Shown here: piece after piece, positions 1 to 10,472 of the stretch
Position numbering within the stretch: the stretch's first letter is position 1
Layout of the letters: every line of letters starts with the position of its first letter
Virus record (IMG/VR): IMGVR_UViG_3300045599_000040
Span: 8,158 to 72,157 of that record
Source: a virus
Lineage: Duplodnaviria > Caudoviricetes
Strand: one strand, 5' to 3'
Length of the DNA: 64,000 nucleotides
Notes under the pieces: generated by a model
What the model was told of the DNA's origin: nothing
Databases searched by the model: none
What the model saw: the letters and a program-made list of their open reading frames with translations, nothing else
Program-made: the position numbers and the translations under genes

Positions 1-2
1 CA

Positions 3-803
3 AACATTAGAAACAGACAAAATACAATTATCAAAAAAGCTGTAAAAAAGCTTAACGAAAGGATAAAAGAAAAGGAACTAGATAAAAATAAAGTATTAAT
101 AGTAGACACAACTGAAACATTGGAGAAAACTTACACAGGACTAGTTGCAAATAAACTAGCAAACGAATATAAGCGTCCAGTGATTTTACTGAGAGAAATG
201 TGGCGTGGTACTTATGGTGGAAGTGGACGCAATTATAATTTGTCACCTGTAGTAGACTTTAAAGATTTTTTATTGAAGCTCAATACATTTAATTATATCC
301 AAGGACACCCTGATGCATTTGGATTTAGTATTAACAGTGATAAGCTAATTCCGACAAGAGACAAAATAAACGAGATTCTAAAAGACATCACAATTGAGGA
401 TATGTATAAGGTTGACTATGAGATCCCCATTGGAAGGCTCAAGCAAGCGCATATTAAACAAGTTGGTGAGTGGGAAGATTTGTGGGGAGGGGCATTAGAT
501 GAACCACTTTTCGCTATCACTGACATTTATATTCCAGTAGAAAATATTCGCTTACTAGGGAGTAGAAAGAGTTTCATTCGTTTTGAAGCAAGGGGCATTA
601 CATTTGTTAAAAAGTACACTAGTGAAGATGAATACAATAGAATGATACTCAAACAATCTAAGGGATTAAAAAAAAGAAGTGTCAAGTCTTTAAAGCTTGA
701 TGTTATTGGTAAATTTAAAATGAATAAATATGAAGAGAATGTTTATCCACAAATTGAAATAATTGATTTTAACTCATCAGAGGGGCAGAATTTTATTTTT
801 TGA
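3..803 (+). CDS. recJ: RecJ-like ssDNA exonuclease (DHH/DHHA1), C-terminal part; 5' end lies before the window
   Basis: Frame open from position 3; GLVANKLANEYKRPVILL, GSGR, GHPDAFG and WGGALDEPLFAI match the RecJ DHHA1/OB region; sits directly upstream of dnaE as in SPbeta-like phages. Confidence 0.75.
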   Translation, partial: NIRNRQNTIIKKAVKKLNERIKEKELDKNKVLIVDTTETLEKTYTGLVANKLANEYKRPVILLREMWRGTYGGSGRNYNLSPVVDFKDFLLKLNTFNYIQGHPDAFGFSINSDKLIPTRDKINEILKDITIEDMYKVDYEIPIGRLKQAHIKQVGEWEDLWGGALDEPLFAITDIYIPVENIRLLGSRKSFIRFEARGITFVKKYTSEDEYNRMILKQSKGLKKRSVKSLKLDVIGKFKMNKYEENVYPQIEIIDFNSSEGQNFIF

Positions 804-816
804 TAGGGGTGATTAG

Positions 817-2226
817 TTGATAAAAAACAGTGATTTTGTCCATTTGCATGTGCATAGTGAATACTCGAATATCCGTTTACTCGACTCTATTAATAAAATT
901 CCCAACATGATTAAATATGTTGTTTCTCTCGGACAAAACGCCTTAGCATTAACAGATCATGAAAGTGTAAGTGGGCATGTAAAATTTCTTAAAGAAATCA
1001 AAAAGCTTAAGAAAGATAAAAAAATTCCACAGGATTTTAAACCTATTCTTGGAAATGAGATATATTTAATTTCCGAAGATGAAATGAATGAGAAGTTTGA
1101 AAAAGGAGAAAGTATAAAGTTTTATCACTTTCTTCTTTTAGCGAAAGATGCAAAGGGACATAAGATACTTAGACAGCTTTCATCAAGAGCTTGGGAAAGA
1201 ATGTTTAGTTATAGGGGTCTAGACCGTGTCCCAACCTTTTACTCTGATATTGAAGAAATACTTGAAGGTAATAAAGGGCATATTATTGCATCTACAGCGT
1301 GTCTAGGCTCCTATTTTGCTCAAAACGTATTAGCACTAATAAGTGAAGAATGCGAAGACGAGATGTTTTACAAGCAGAAAATACATGATTTTGTTACATG
1401 GTGTATTGATGTTTTTGGAAAAGATAATTTTTACATAGAAATACAACCAAGCAAAGAGTCACTAGAGCAAATTGAGTACAACAAAATGGCTATAAAAATT
1501 GCAAAGGCATATGGTTTAAATTTTGTAGTCTCGACTGATGCACATTATATTCAAATGGAAGATAGAAGTGTGCATAAAGCTTATCTTACTTCTGATGAGG
1601 AAGATGGTGGTGATAGAGAGGTTGATGCTTTTTATCACAGCACCCATTTCTTTACAGCAGATATGCTAGTAAATTATCTTGATTATTTAGACGATGAAGA
1701 TATACTTCATGCTGTAAAAAGCACGAAAGAAATTGCTGATAAAATTGAAGAGTATGACTTAGCCCACAGACAAATTATACCGAAAATAGCTCTCCCTGAT
1801 GAAGATGAATGGTTTTATGATCATGAGTTATATGAAATGGCTCAACACTACCCATCTGTAAAAGCAATGATTGAGTCTAGAGAGATTTTTGATAGGTATT
1901 TAATAAGCCTTACTTTGAATGGCTTTAAAAACAAAATCTTAAAAAGAGATTATGAAGTTACCATGGACAGAATAGATGCTGAGTGCAAAGAAATTATCGA
2001 AATCAGTATTGCACAACAAGAGCCAATCAGTAGCTATTTTGTCACTATGGAAAAAAATATCAATATTATTTGGGATGAAGCTCAAAGTGTGGTTGGTACA
2101 TCTAGGGGAAGTGCTGCTGGATTTATAATTAACTATCTAATTGGAATTACCCAAATTAATCCTTTGAAACAGGGCGTAGAGATGCCACATTGGAGATTTA
2201 TTTCTGGAAAGCGTCCAGAACTCCCT
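817..2226 (+). CDS. dnaE: DNA polymerase III alpha (DnaE), exon 1 (PHP domain and palm start)
   Basis: FVHLHVHSEYS, ALTDHE, GNEIY, STDAHY, SRGSAAG and RPELP motifs; splicing joins it to exon 2 to give PELP|DIDID. Confidence 0.92.
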
Positions 2227-2737
2227 AAATATTGGGGTTTGATGGTGAACCTTGCTCAAGGGTGTGTAGCTTAATTGCTATGCTAACGGTATCAGTTAAA
2301 TAAGGCATTAGCACGAATACACTGACTAAGAGAGCCTACGGTCTATTTTAAAACATAGATAGCAGGTAATACCGTGCCAAGTCTTTTCCTTGTTCCTAGT
2401 TAATTACAAATTATGAAAGGAGGGAATAAGTAGTACGAGGTGAAAACTCAAATAGAACCAGTGGGTTTTATATATATGACAATTAATAAAATAAGGTCAT
2501 GCTGGACTGAATAAAGCTATTAAAAATGGTACATTATACAAAAATTATTATTGGAACAAGGAAAAGAAAGGTGTAGAGACTATTTGAAAACACAGCAATT
2601 GTGCGAGTAAAAGTAGGGATGGAGATAAGCACCATCCCGAAGCGCCATCACTACTTATGTTTTCATAAGTGGAAGAGATAGTCCAATCCGACTTCTTTAA
2701 GGAGTGTTAAAGTATCCCGAAAGGGACGGTAGAAATG
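2227..2737 (+). ncRNA. Group I intron in dnaE (511 nt, no intact ORF)
   Basis: Exon ends in U (CTCCCT) pairing with GGGG just downstream (P1); intron ends in G; core-like elements GGTAATACCGTGCCAAG, GTAGAGACTAT and GAAGAGATAGTCC; removal restores the frame and catalytic motif. Confidence 0.88.
2440..2587 (+). pseudogene. Internally deleted GIY-YIG homing endonuclease remnant inside the dnaE intron
   Basis: N-terminal piece VKTQIEPVGFIYMTINKI joined out of frame to a C-terminal piece GLNKAIKNGTLYKNYYWNKEKKGVETI-stop running into P7; enclosed by stem CTTTTCCTTGTTCC/GGAACAAGGAAAAG. Confidence 0.65.
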
Positions 2738-5398
2738 GATATCGATATAGATGTCAGTTCACATAAAAGAGATATTGTTTTTCAATGCCTCTCGAATTAT
2801 TACGAGTCAATTGGCGGAAAGATTGTTAGGGTGTCTACTTTTGGCACAGAGACAGCTAAATCAACAATCTTAACAGCTTGTAGAGGATTAAAAATTAACA
2901 ATGATGTTGGATTGTATTTAAGCTCATTAATTCCTGTTGAGAGGGGCTTTGTGTGGAGTATAGAAGATTGTTATTTTGGTAATGAAGAACTTGGTAGAAA
3001 TCCTATTGCTGAATTTAAAAAAATAATTGATAAATATCCAGGGTTATTGGAAATCGCTTTAGGAATTCAAGGTCTTATAAACAAAAGATCAAGTCATGCT
3101 GCTGGAGTATTGATTGTTAATGAAGATTTTACTGAGCACAATGCTATTATGAGAACTCCATCAAAAGAGATTGTGTCGCAATTTAATTTGGAGGATAGTG
3201 AGTACGTTGGTAATGTAAAATATGACATACTTAACACTAAAACATGTGGAATGATTCAAAAAACATTAGAAATGTTAGTGGATCATAGGAAGATGGAATG
3301 GCAAGGAACGCTGAGAAAAACTTATGATAAGTATTTGCATCCTGATGTAATTGACAAAGAATCATCTGAGCTATGGGAATTGCTACATAAAGGTGAATTA
3401 GTTTCTGCCTTCCAATTTGACTCTCCTGTAGGAGCGCAGGCATTGCGATTAATTAAACCAACTAACTTACTTGAGGCAACTAATGCCAATAACTTAATGA
3501 GGTTAATGGGTGAAGAAGGACGAGAGTTGCCATTAGATATGTATGTAAGATATAAAAACAACGTGAATGAATGGTTTAATGACATGAAAAACTTTGGTTT
3601 AAATGAGAAAGAAATCAATATCATGAAGCGACACTTGCTTGAAGACTATGGGGTATGTTCATCTCAAGAGAGAATGATGTTGATTTCTATGGATGAAGAG
3701 ATTGCTGGTTTTGATGTCGTAGAAGCGAATGTGCTTAGAAAATCAGTAGCAAAAAAGATTAAAGAGTTATTGGAAGAAAGTGAAAAGAAACTATTTGAAA
3801 AAGGATTAAAAAACAATGTGTCAGAGAAGCTATTGAAATATGTGTGGGATGTTCAAATAGCTATGCAGCGTGGATATGGTTTCTCAGTGCTTCATGGAGT
3901 TGGATATACTTATATACTAATTCAGCAATTGAATTTGGTTTATTATTATCCTACAATATATTGGAATACAGCGGTATTACTAGTTGAATCTGGAGCATTG
4001 GAACAAGATGCACTTGATGATGAGGATTCTCTTGATTCATTAAATCAACGAAAAGAAAAAACAACAAACTATGGTACAGTTGCTAAGGCCATTGGGAATA
4101 TGCAGTCACAAGGCGTACATATCGCACTACCAGATATAAATAGAGCTGATTTGGGGTTTAAACCTGATGAGTTAAATAATCAAATTATCTTTGGATTAAA
4201 AGGGATAATGAAGATATCAAACGAGACGGCTAGGGTAATTATTGAAAACAGACCTTATAAAAGCCTGAATGACTTCTATAAGAGAATGGTATTGACTAAA
4301 CAAACAGTTACACTTAGCACAGGGAAAAAGCAAAACAGATCTCTTGTCACAGATAGCCAATTAATTACTTTAATAAAGGCGGGGGCGTTTGATGAAATTG
4401 AAGGAAAACCAAGAGAGGAAATACTACTGGAATTTCTAAGAACGACTAACACTGATAAAAATAAAATTAATTCAAGAGGCATTGAGCAAGTTATTGAAAT
4501 GGGAATAGTTCCGAATGAGTTTAAAGACGAAATAAGATTATATAGATTCCGACAATACATACTAGACAACGAATACTTCCCCGATCAGTCAACCAAGTCT
4601 GTTAAATGGCATTCTATTTCAAATGGCGAAGATAATGTAATTGAATACGCAACTAATTTCTTTTTTGAGTATTTTGGTAACGAAATGGCAGAGGGGCAAG
4701 GTTATTATTATGATAGTGAAGGAATAGTATATATAGCAATGGGAACTGCTCGGAAAGGCTCTTTTGAAGATATTTATAAGAAAAAAATGTTGAAGTTTAA
4801 CGCATGGCTAAACAGTGAAGATTGTTTAAATAAATATAATGAGATTTTATTTGATGATGTGAAAAAATTACATATGAGCGGCAATATTAGTACTTGGGAA
4901 ATGGAATCAATGAATTTTTATTATCATGAGCATGAGTTACTCTCTGCTGATTTAGAAAGGTATGATGTGCAAAGTTTCTTTGATCTTGAAGAAGAACCAG
5001 TAATTGTTGATTTTACATACTATAAAGGACTAGAATACCCCAAATTTAAATTGTCAAGAATTGTGGGAACTGTATTAGATAAAGACAAGAATAAGCATAT
5101 TGTATCCATTTTAACTCCTAATGGGGTGGTGCAGGTAAAGCTTTATAGTGGGCAATTTGCTTTCTATGACAAAACTATTTCTGTGCAACGTGATGATGGT
5201 AAAGGGAAAATGGTATTGGAAGACAGTTGGTTTAAAAGAGGTAATAAGCTTTTAATTACTGGATTTAGACGTGGAGATCAATTCCGCCCCAAGCGGTATA
5301 GAGATTCAGTTTATCCGCATACAATTCAAAAAATTGTTGATATAGGTGAAGATGGAAGTCTAATCTTGCAGAGCGAAAGAAGGAGTGAAGAAGAGTAA
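2738..5398 (+). CDS. dnaE: DnaE exon 2 (catalytic, HhH and OB domains); spliced product about 1356 aa
   Basis: DIDID, SSHAAGVLI, KYDIL, FQFDS, GYGFSVLHGVGY, LPDIN, FGLKGI, LIKAGAFD motifs. Confidence 0.93.
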   Translation, partial: DIDIDVSSHKRDIVFQCLSNYYESIGGKIVRVSTFGTETAKSTILTACRGLKINNDVGLYLSSLIPVERGFVWSIEDCYFGNEELGRNPIAEFKKIIDKYPGLLEIALGIQGLINKRSSHAAGVLIVNEDFTEHNAIMRTPSKEIVSQFNLEDSEYVGNVKYDILNTKTCGMIQKTLEMLVDHRKMEWQGTLRKTYDKYLHPDVIDKESSELWELLHKGELVSAFQFDSPVGAQALRLIKPTNLLEATNANNLMRLMGEEGRELPLDMYVRYKNNVNEWFNDMKNFGLNEKEINIMKRHLLEDYGVCSSQERMMLISMDEEIAGFDVVEANVLRKSVAKKIKELLEESEKKLFEKGLKNNVSEKLLKYVWDVQIAMQRGYGFSVLHGVGYTYILIQQLNLVYYYPTIYWNTAVLLVESGALEQDALDDEDSLDSLNQRKEKTTNYGTVAKAIGNMQSQGVHIALPDINRADLGFKPDELNNQIIFGLKGIMKISNETARVIIENRPYKSLNDFYKRMVLTKQTVTLSTGKKQNRSLVTDSQLITLIKAGAFDEIEGKPREEILLEFLRTTNTDKNKINSRGIEQVIEMGIVPNEFKDEIRLYRFRQYILDNEYFPDQSTKSVKWHSISNGEDNVIEYATNFFFEYFGNEMAEGQGYYYDSEGIVYIAMGTARKGSFEDIYKKKMLKFNAWLNSEDCLNKYNEILFDDVKKLHMSGNISTWEMESMNFYYHEHELLSADLERYDVQSFFDLEEEPVIVDFTYYKGLEYPKFKLSRIVGTVLDKDKNKHIVSILTPNGVVQVKLYSGQFAFYDKTISVQRDDGKGKMVLEDSWFKRGNKLLITGFRRGDQFRPKRYRDSVYPHTIQKIVDIGEDGSLILQSERRSEEE

Positions 5399-7639
5399 AT
5401 GGATTTTGTAAAATGTAAAGTGAAATTGAATCGCAAATTATTCCCTAGAGATTTTCATAAATCAGGCGAATTCGCAATCATGAAGTTTAACATAGTAGAA
5501 ATCATTGAGGGGAATTCCTTGCTAGAAGAAAATGAAATATTTAAAGGGAACATGTGCGAAATTGAGTATGGGGAAATATACACAGTTACAGCAGAAGAAA
5601 TTGTTGATGAAAAATGGGGGAAGCAATATCAAATAAAATACATTGGTCAACCTGCGCCCCTAAACTCAGAAGAAGAACAGAAAATTTTCCTTTCAAGAAT
5701 ACTTACCGAAAACCAGGTAGAAATGCTTTATAGTACTTTTAAAAACCCAATGGAAATAATTAGATCAAGAGATATCGAGGCTTTGTGTCAGGTCAAAGGA
5801 ATAGGAGTTTTCACAGCAGAAAAAATTATAGATAAAGTTTTTTCTGCTGTGGACTATTCACAAGCATACGTTGAACTTGATAAATATGGATTAAGCAACA
5901 ACTTGATTGAAAAATTAATTGGTGTTTATAAAAGTCCTGAAGTGGTTATTAACAAAATAAAGGAGAATCCTTATATACTAGCTGATGAGGTTTCTGGAAT
6001 TGGTTTTAGAAAAGCTGATGAAATCGCTCTGGCAAATGAATATACTTTAAATGATCCAAGAAGATTGCTGCATTTATCCAAATACATTCTCACTGAAGAA
6101 GCCAACAATGGACATAGTTATATTCACGCTTATGATTTTATGGATAGAATTGAACAGGAAACTGATGATTTAAGCAGTGAAATTTTGGGGGATGTTATCA
6201 AAGAAAATAATGATTTTTATGCTTTTGATTTGGATGGAGAAAGGCATATCTCTTTAACTAAAATATACAATTTAGAAAAGAAAGTGGCTACAGAACTAAT
6301 CAGGATTAATAACGGTGAAAATAATTTTGATTATGGTGATTGGGAGTTAAAAATAAAAAAATTAGAAGAACGCCAAGGATGGAAATACACTGATGAACAA
6401 TACAATGCTATAAGAGAACTATTAACAAACCAAGTGCTTTTAGTTACAGGCTATGGTGGAACAGGTAAATCAAGTACAGTCAGCGCAATGACTGAGGTTT
6501 TGTCTGGATATGGCTTTGCACAAACGGCTTTGAGTGGTAGGGCTTCATCAAGGATGCAAGAAATCACAGGGGAAGCTGGTTATACCATCCATAGACTACT
6601 TGGCTACAACCCAAGAACCGGATTCTTCTATAATTCCAAAAATCAATTAGATGTGGATATTGTTGTAGTTGATGAAGTATCAATGATTGGCGGTGAAATC
6701 TTTTTACGACTACTGGAAGCAATTAAAACTGGGGCAAAATTAGTATTATTAGGGGACGAAGGCCAACTAGAGAGCATTGGAACCATGAATATTCTACATG
6801 ACCTTTTAAAAAGTGATGTCATAAAATCATGCAGACTTACAAAAATTCATCGCCAAGCTCAAAAGTCAGGCATCATCGAAACAAGCATGAAAGTGAGAAA
6901 CGGAGAGCAGTTGTTTGATAGCAGATTTACTGGGCAAAAAATTATTGGAGAGTTAGAGGATTTTGTTTTGAATGTTGTTAAAGATTCAACTGATTTACCA
7001 GGGTTAATTGAAAGACAGTTTGAAGAGCAGATGCAAAACATTAGTAATATTTGTGAGTTGCAGGTTATTGTTCCCCTAAAAGACAGAGGGAATATCGGAT
7101 GTTTCCAGTTAAACATTAAATTACAAGATATATATAATCCAATTAAAGAAGGAATTAAAACTAAAAGGATATCTCTAAAGAAAAACAAGAGAGAATTTGA
7201 AATTAGGATTGGTGATAAAGTTATTAATAGAAAGAACAACTATAAAACATTTAATATCAATGGAGAAAACACACCAATTTTTAATGGAAATATAGGTATT
7301 GTTCAAGATATAAATGAGGAAAATAAAACTATGGTTGTTGACTTTAATGGGATTGGTTTAGTTTATATTTCTAAGGATGCCATAGATGGAATTGAGCTTG
7401 GCTACTGCATCACAACTCATTCATCCCAAGGTAGTCAATTTGATGTTGTGATTTATGCTCTTGATCATTCTGCATTTATGTTGCTTAACAAGGAGCAAGT
7501 TTACACAGGGATCACAAGAGCAAAGAAATTTGGCATCATGAATGTTGAAAACAGATCACTTAGACACGCTATTTCTACAAGTGAAGTGAAAAATAAGCAA
7601 ACATTCCTTGCTCAGTTGCTTGAAGAAATAAAAACATAA
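5399..7639 (+). CDS. recD2: RecD2/YrrC-like SF1B helicase
   Basis: HhH (VKGIGVFTAEKI), Walker A GYGGTGKS, VVDEVSM, GDEGQLES, HRQA, TTHSSQGSQF, YTGITRAK. Confidence 0.9.
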   Translation: MDFVKCKVKLNRKLFPRDFHKSGEFAIMKFNIVEIIEGNSLLEENEIFKGNMCEIEYGEIYTVTAEEIVDEKWGKQYQIKYIGQPAPLNSEEEQKIFLSRILTENQVEMLYSTFKNPMEIIRSRDIEALCQVKGIGVFTAEKIIDKVFSAVDYSQAYVELDKYGLSNNLIEKLIGVYKSPEVVINKIKENPYILADEVSGIGFRKADEIALANEYTLNDPRRLLHLSKYILTEEANNGHSYIHAYDFMDRIEQETDDLSSEILGDVIKENNDFYAFDLDGERHISLTKIYNLEKKVATELIRINNGENNFDYGDWELKIKKLEERQGWKYTDEQYNAIRELLTNQVLLVTGYGGTGKSSTVSAMTEVLSGYGFAQTALSGRASSRMQEITGEAGYTIHRLLGYNPRTGFFYNSKNQLDVDIVVVDEVSMIGGEIFLRLLEAIKTGAKLVLLGDEGQLESIGTMNILHDLLKSDVIKSCRLTKIHRQAQKSGIIETSMKVRNGEQLFDSRFTGQKIIGELEDFVLNVVKDSTDLPGLIERQFEEQMQNISNICELQVIVPLKDRGNIGCFQLNIKLQDIYNPIKEGIKTKRISLKKNKREFEIRIGDKVINRKNNYKTFNINGENTPIFNGNIGIVQDINEENKTMVVDFNGIGLVYISKDAIDGIELGYCITTHSSQGSQFDVVIYALDHSAFMLLNKEQVYTGITRAKKFGIMNVENRSLRHAISTSEVKNKQTFLAQLLEEIKT

Positions 7640-7645
7640 AATATA

Positions 7646-7674
7646 TTGAAATATGTGTTTAGATATGGTAAATT
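7646..7674 (+). promoter_or_regulatory. SigA-like promoter for the accessory gene cluster
   Basis: TTGAAA-17 nt-TAAATT with TG extension. Confidence 0.55.
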
Positions 7675-7765
7675 AATTTAGCACACATTTCTTATGGGGT
7701 GATGTCATGAAATAATGTTAATAAATGTAGTTTGATAAATAAAATATAAAAAAGGGGACATACAT

Positions 7766-7990
7766 ATGGAATTCTATGCAATTGGAACAGACAAAAACGG
7801 AGAATCTATAGTAATTTCTATTCAATCTAATAATCGACTAGAAGCAAAACATCAAGCGATTGAATATTGCCAGAACAATAATCTACGATTCAAAGGATTG
7901 CGTACATTTGAAGGATCTGGGCGTCAAAATGCAATTCTAACAAAAACTATTAAAGAAAAACGTGGGCGTAAAGTTTTTTGGCAGTGGTGA
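7766..7990 (+). CDS. Hypothetical phage protein
   Basis: ORF with GGGGA RBS. Confidence 0.6.
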   Translation: MEFYAIGTDKNGESIVISIQSNNRLEAKHQAIEYCQNNNLRFKGLRTFEGSGRQNAILTKTIKEKRGRKVFWQW

Positions 7991-8198
7991 GACTGTGAAC
8001 ATTGAAATTGGGGATACACTTTATCATCGACACTATGGCATCTCAGATAAATTAGAAATAGCTGACATTCATTATGAAGAGAACGTAGTGATTGGATATG
8101 ATGTTATTTCTTATACTAGTGACAGCAAGGCAGTAATCTTTCCAATTGATAAGGATAATTTATTAGACTTGTATAAACCATTAGAATGGTTTGAGTAG
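7962..8198 (+). CDS. Hypothetical protein (likely start GTG 7995)
   Basis: ORF in dense + strand cluster; GGTGAG before 7995. Confidence 0.55.
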   Translation: MGVKFFGSGETVNIEIGDTLYHRHYGISDKLEIADIHYEENVVIGYDVISYTSDSKAVIFPIDKDNLLDLYKPLEWFE

Positions 8199-8421
8199 AA
8201 AATCATATAAAATATTACTTTTATCTATATTAAATCGAGGTGAGAAAATGAGTTCTATTGCACGAGATGTACAATTCTACACTGAAGTAGATATTGATGG
8301 TGTTAAACGTGAGATTTTAGTGTCAATTAAAAAAGCAAAACTTGAAGAAAAAACAGGTGTTTTTCAACTGAAGCCGATTTGTGTAGATGATATATATTAT
8401 GAAAAAATTATTATTAAGTAA
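8191..8421 (+). CDS. Hypothetical protein (likely start ATG 8248)
   Basis: GAGGTG RBS before 8248. Confidence 0.5.
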   Translation: MSRKSYKILLLSILNRGEKMSSIARDVQFYTEVDIDGVKREILVSIKKAKLEEKTGVFQLKPICVDDIYYEKIIIK

Positions 8422-8467
8422 AAAATTTATAAAACAATCCTTTTAACTGGATACAGGAGGTGAAAAT

Positions 8468-8638
8468 ATGTTTGGTGTTGACATTGGTGAAATTGTTGAT
8501 GAGTTAACAAGGCGAATTGAGAACTTGGAGCGTATTCAAAAGAAGAAAAATATTGAATATAGAGAGGATGATTTGCTTCAAGGAAAAATCATGGCATTAG
8601 AGGAATTTCGTGCCTGGTTGTCTATTGAGTATTTATAA
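8468..8638 (+). CDS. Small hypothetical protein (56 aa, not in ORF track)
   Basis: AGGAGG RBS; MFGVDIGEIVDELTRRIENLE...SIEYL. Confidence 0.65.
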   Translation: MFGVDIGEIVDELTRRIENLERIQKKKNIEYREDDLLQGKIMALEEFRAWLSIEYL

Positions 8639-8664
8639 AACAGAATTTTATAAGGAGGGATAAA

Positions 8665-9114
8665 TTGATCTTTTTAACAATTGTTTTTATTGCATACTAT
8701 CTGATTGTACTTGTTAAAGGTAGTTTTTTATCAGATTTAATTATTAAAGCTGGTGAAGATGAAATTAAGAGGGTAGAGACAGGATCAAAAAATGTTGACG
8801 AGTCCACTTATAAATTAGCTGCTACAGGATGCTTTTTCATTGTATTGTTGGTCTTAGAGCTTATTTACTTAGTTCTTGCTATTAGCCACGATATTTATAA
8901 GTATCCTACATTGATATTAATTCTATATGTTATTTTAACTTTTGCTTTTACCAAGTGGGGAAGAAAAAAAGACCTAACTACTGATGATGGTAGAAATGCA
9001 TATCGAAAACAACTCTACCAAAAAAATAAACGATATTCGTTTAAAGGTTTTATGATTCGACTTTTGTTTCTTACATATTTTTGCTACATGTTTTATATTC
9101 TAGTGTTTCAATAA
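8665..9114 (+). CDS. Hypothetical membrane protein
   Basis: AAGGAGG RBS; about 4 hydrophobic segments. Confidence 0.7.
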   Translation: MIFLTIVFIAYYLIVLVKGSFLSDLIIKAGEDEIKRVETGSKNVDESTYKLAATGCFFIVLLVLELIYLVLAISHDIYKYPTLILILYVILTFAFTKWGRKKDLTTDDGRNAYRKQLYQKNKRYSFKGFMIRLLFLTYFCYMFYILVFQ

Positions 9115-9152
9115 AACAAATCCCTTTAAACTGACTGAGGGGAGGTGGAAAG

Positions 9153-9323
9153 ATGCGAGTTAATGTAACTCTAAAAAATGGGGATGTATATACAACGACA
9201 ATTGAAGAAAGCGATTTTCGAGATTTTTTCAAGAAATTTGCAGAGACAAACAGCTGTTACGTCTGCTTTAAAGATTTAATTGTGATCAAAGATGAGATTT
9301 CTTGTATTACCACTTTATCATAA
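9153..9323 (+). CDS. Small hypothetical protein (56 aa, not in ORF track)
   Basis: GGAGGTGG RBS; MRVNVTLKNGDVYTTTIEE. Confidence 0.6.
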   Translation: MRVNVTLKNGDVYTTTIEESDFRDFFKKFAETNSCYVCFKDLIVIKDEISCITTLS

Positions 9324-9362
9324 AGAATAAATTTATAAATAAATCCAAATAGAAAAGGAGAA

Positions 9363-9764
9363 ATGGGAATGAATAATAGTGCGAGTGTGTATAGTGAGAG
9401 TGTAGAAAAGAAATATCAAGAGTATATGGATAAATACGAGATTCCAGAGTATTACGAGTTTCAACTTAAAACATTGCTATCACTACAAGAAGAGTATAAT
9501 GAGGCAACTAAAAAAACACCTGAACACACGAAAAGTCGTGAAAGTTTATTACATATGATTCAGAGAATGCAGCTACCCTTAAATGTATTAAAAGAAAGAA
9601 ATGAAAATATAGTTAAAATCAGCATTGAGGAATTTTGCTACTATGTTGATAAACCATTTATTAAAGAATTATGGGATGAATACCAGAGTATTGATGGATA
9701 TATAAGAGCATTAGCGACACTTCCGCAATACAAGGACTTAACTCACAAAGATAGCAAATTCTAA
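9363..9764 (+). CDS. Hypothetical protein
   Basis: AAAGGAG RBS. Confidence 0.65.
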   Translation: MGMNNSASVYSESVEKKYQEYMDKYEIPEYYEFQLKTLLSLQEEYNEATKKTPEHTKSRESLLHMIQRMQLPLNVLKERNENIVKISIEEFCYYVDKPFIKELWDEYQSIDGYIRALATLPQYKDLTHKDSKF

Positions 9765-9782
9765 TTAAAACAGTAATTTTAA

Positions 9783-10358
9783 ATGGTTGGGGATGATAAT
9801 TCGATGTTGAACTTAGAATTTATCGCAAAATTGTGCCATGAAGTAAACAGAGCATATTGCAGTAGTATTGGGGATGAGTCACACACATCATGGGATGAAG
9901 CCCCTGAATGGCAAAAGAAAAGTGCAATAAATGGAATAAAGTTTCATATCGAAAATGAAACTAAGCCAGAGGATAGTCACTATAGTTGGATGAAAGAGAA
10001 GATCGAAGATGGTTGGATTTATGGTGAGGTTAAAGACGCAGAACAGAAAACTCATCCCTGCATTGTTTCATACGATCAACTTCCTCAAGAGCAACGCAGC
10101 AAAGATTACATCTTTAAGGCAATTTGCAATTTCTTTAAAAATGAGAAAATGGTTACAGAAGAAAAAGGAAGTTACCATGTTGGTCAAGAGGTTATAATTA
10201 AAGATTGTAGCTATGCGAGAATGGAAGGGATCGTAGGGAAAAGAGCAACTATCGTTGAAGTGCGAGACGGTGAATTTGATTACGAAGTTAAGACAGAGGA
10301 TGGCATTGTGGATTTACTTAACTATGATGAAGTAGAGTTAATAGAAAACAATCAATAA
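9783..10358 (+). CDS. RyR-domain protein fused to an SH3/KOW-like C-terminal domain
   Basis: HEVNRAYC, SHYSWMKEKIEDGWIYG, KTHPCIVSYDQLPQEQRSKD match the RyR repeat pattern; YHVGQEVII...GKRATIVEV is KOW-like. Confidence 0.7.
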   Translation: MVGDDNSMLNLEFIAKLCHEVNRAYCSSIGDESHTSWDEAPEWQKKSAINGIKFHIENETKPEDSHYSWMKEKIEDGWIYGEVKDAEQKTHPCIVSYDQLPQEQRSKDYIFKAICNFFKNEKMVTEEKGSYHVGQEVIIKDCSYARMEGIVGKRATIVEVRDGEFDYEVKTEDGIVDLLNYDEVELIENNQ

Positions 10359-10472
10359 ATCATCTCTATTTTTCTCTATTTTCCTTCTATTTACTTCGTT
10401 TTTTAAGGTTAAGAATCCATTAAAAGAGGGATTTTAAAACGAAATATAAAAGAATGGAGAGGATATGTCGTA

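Noticed and set aside
817-5398. dnaE as two separate genes or a split intein
   Set aside because: No intein terminal residues; group I core elements and exact frame restoration explain the gap
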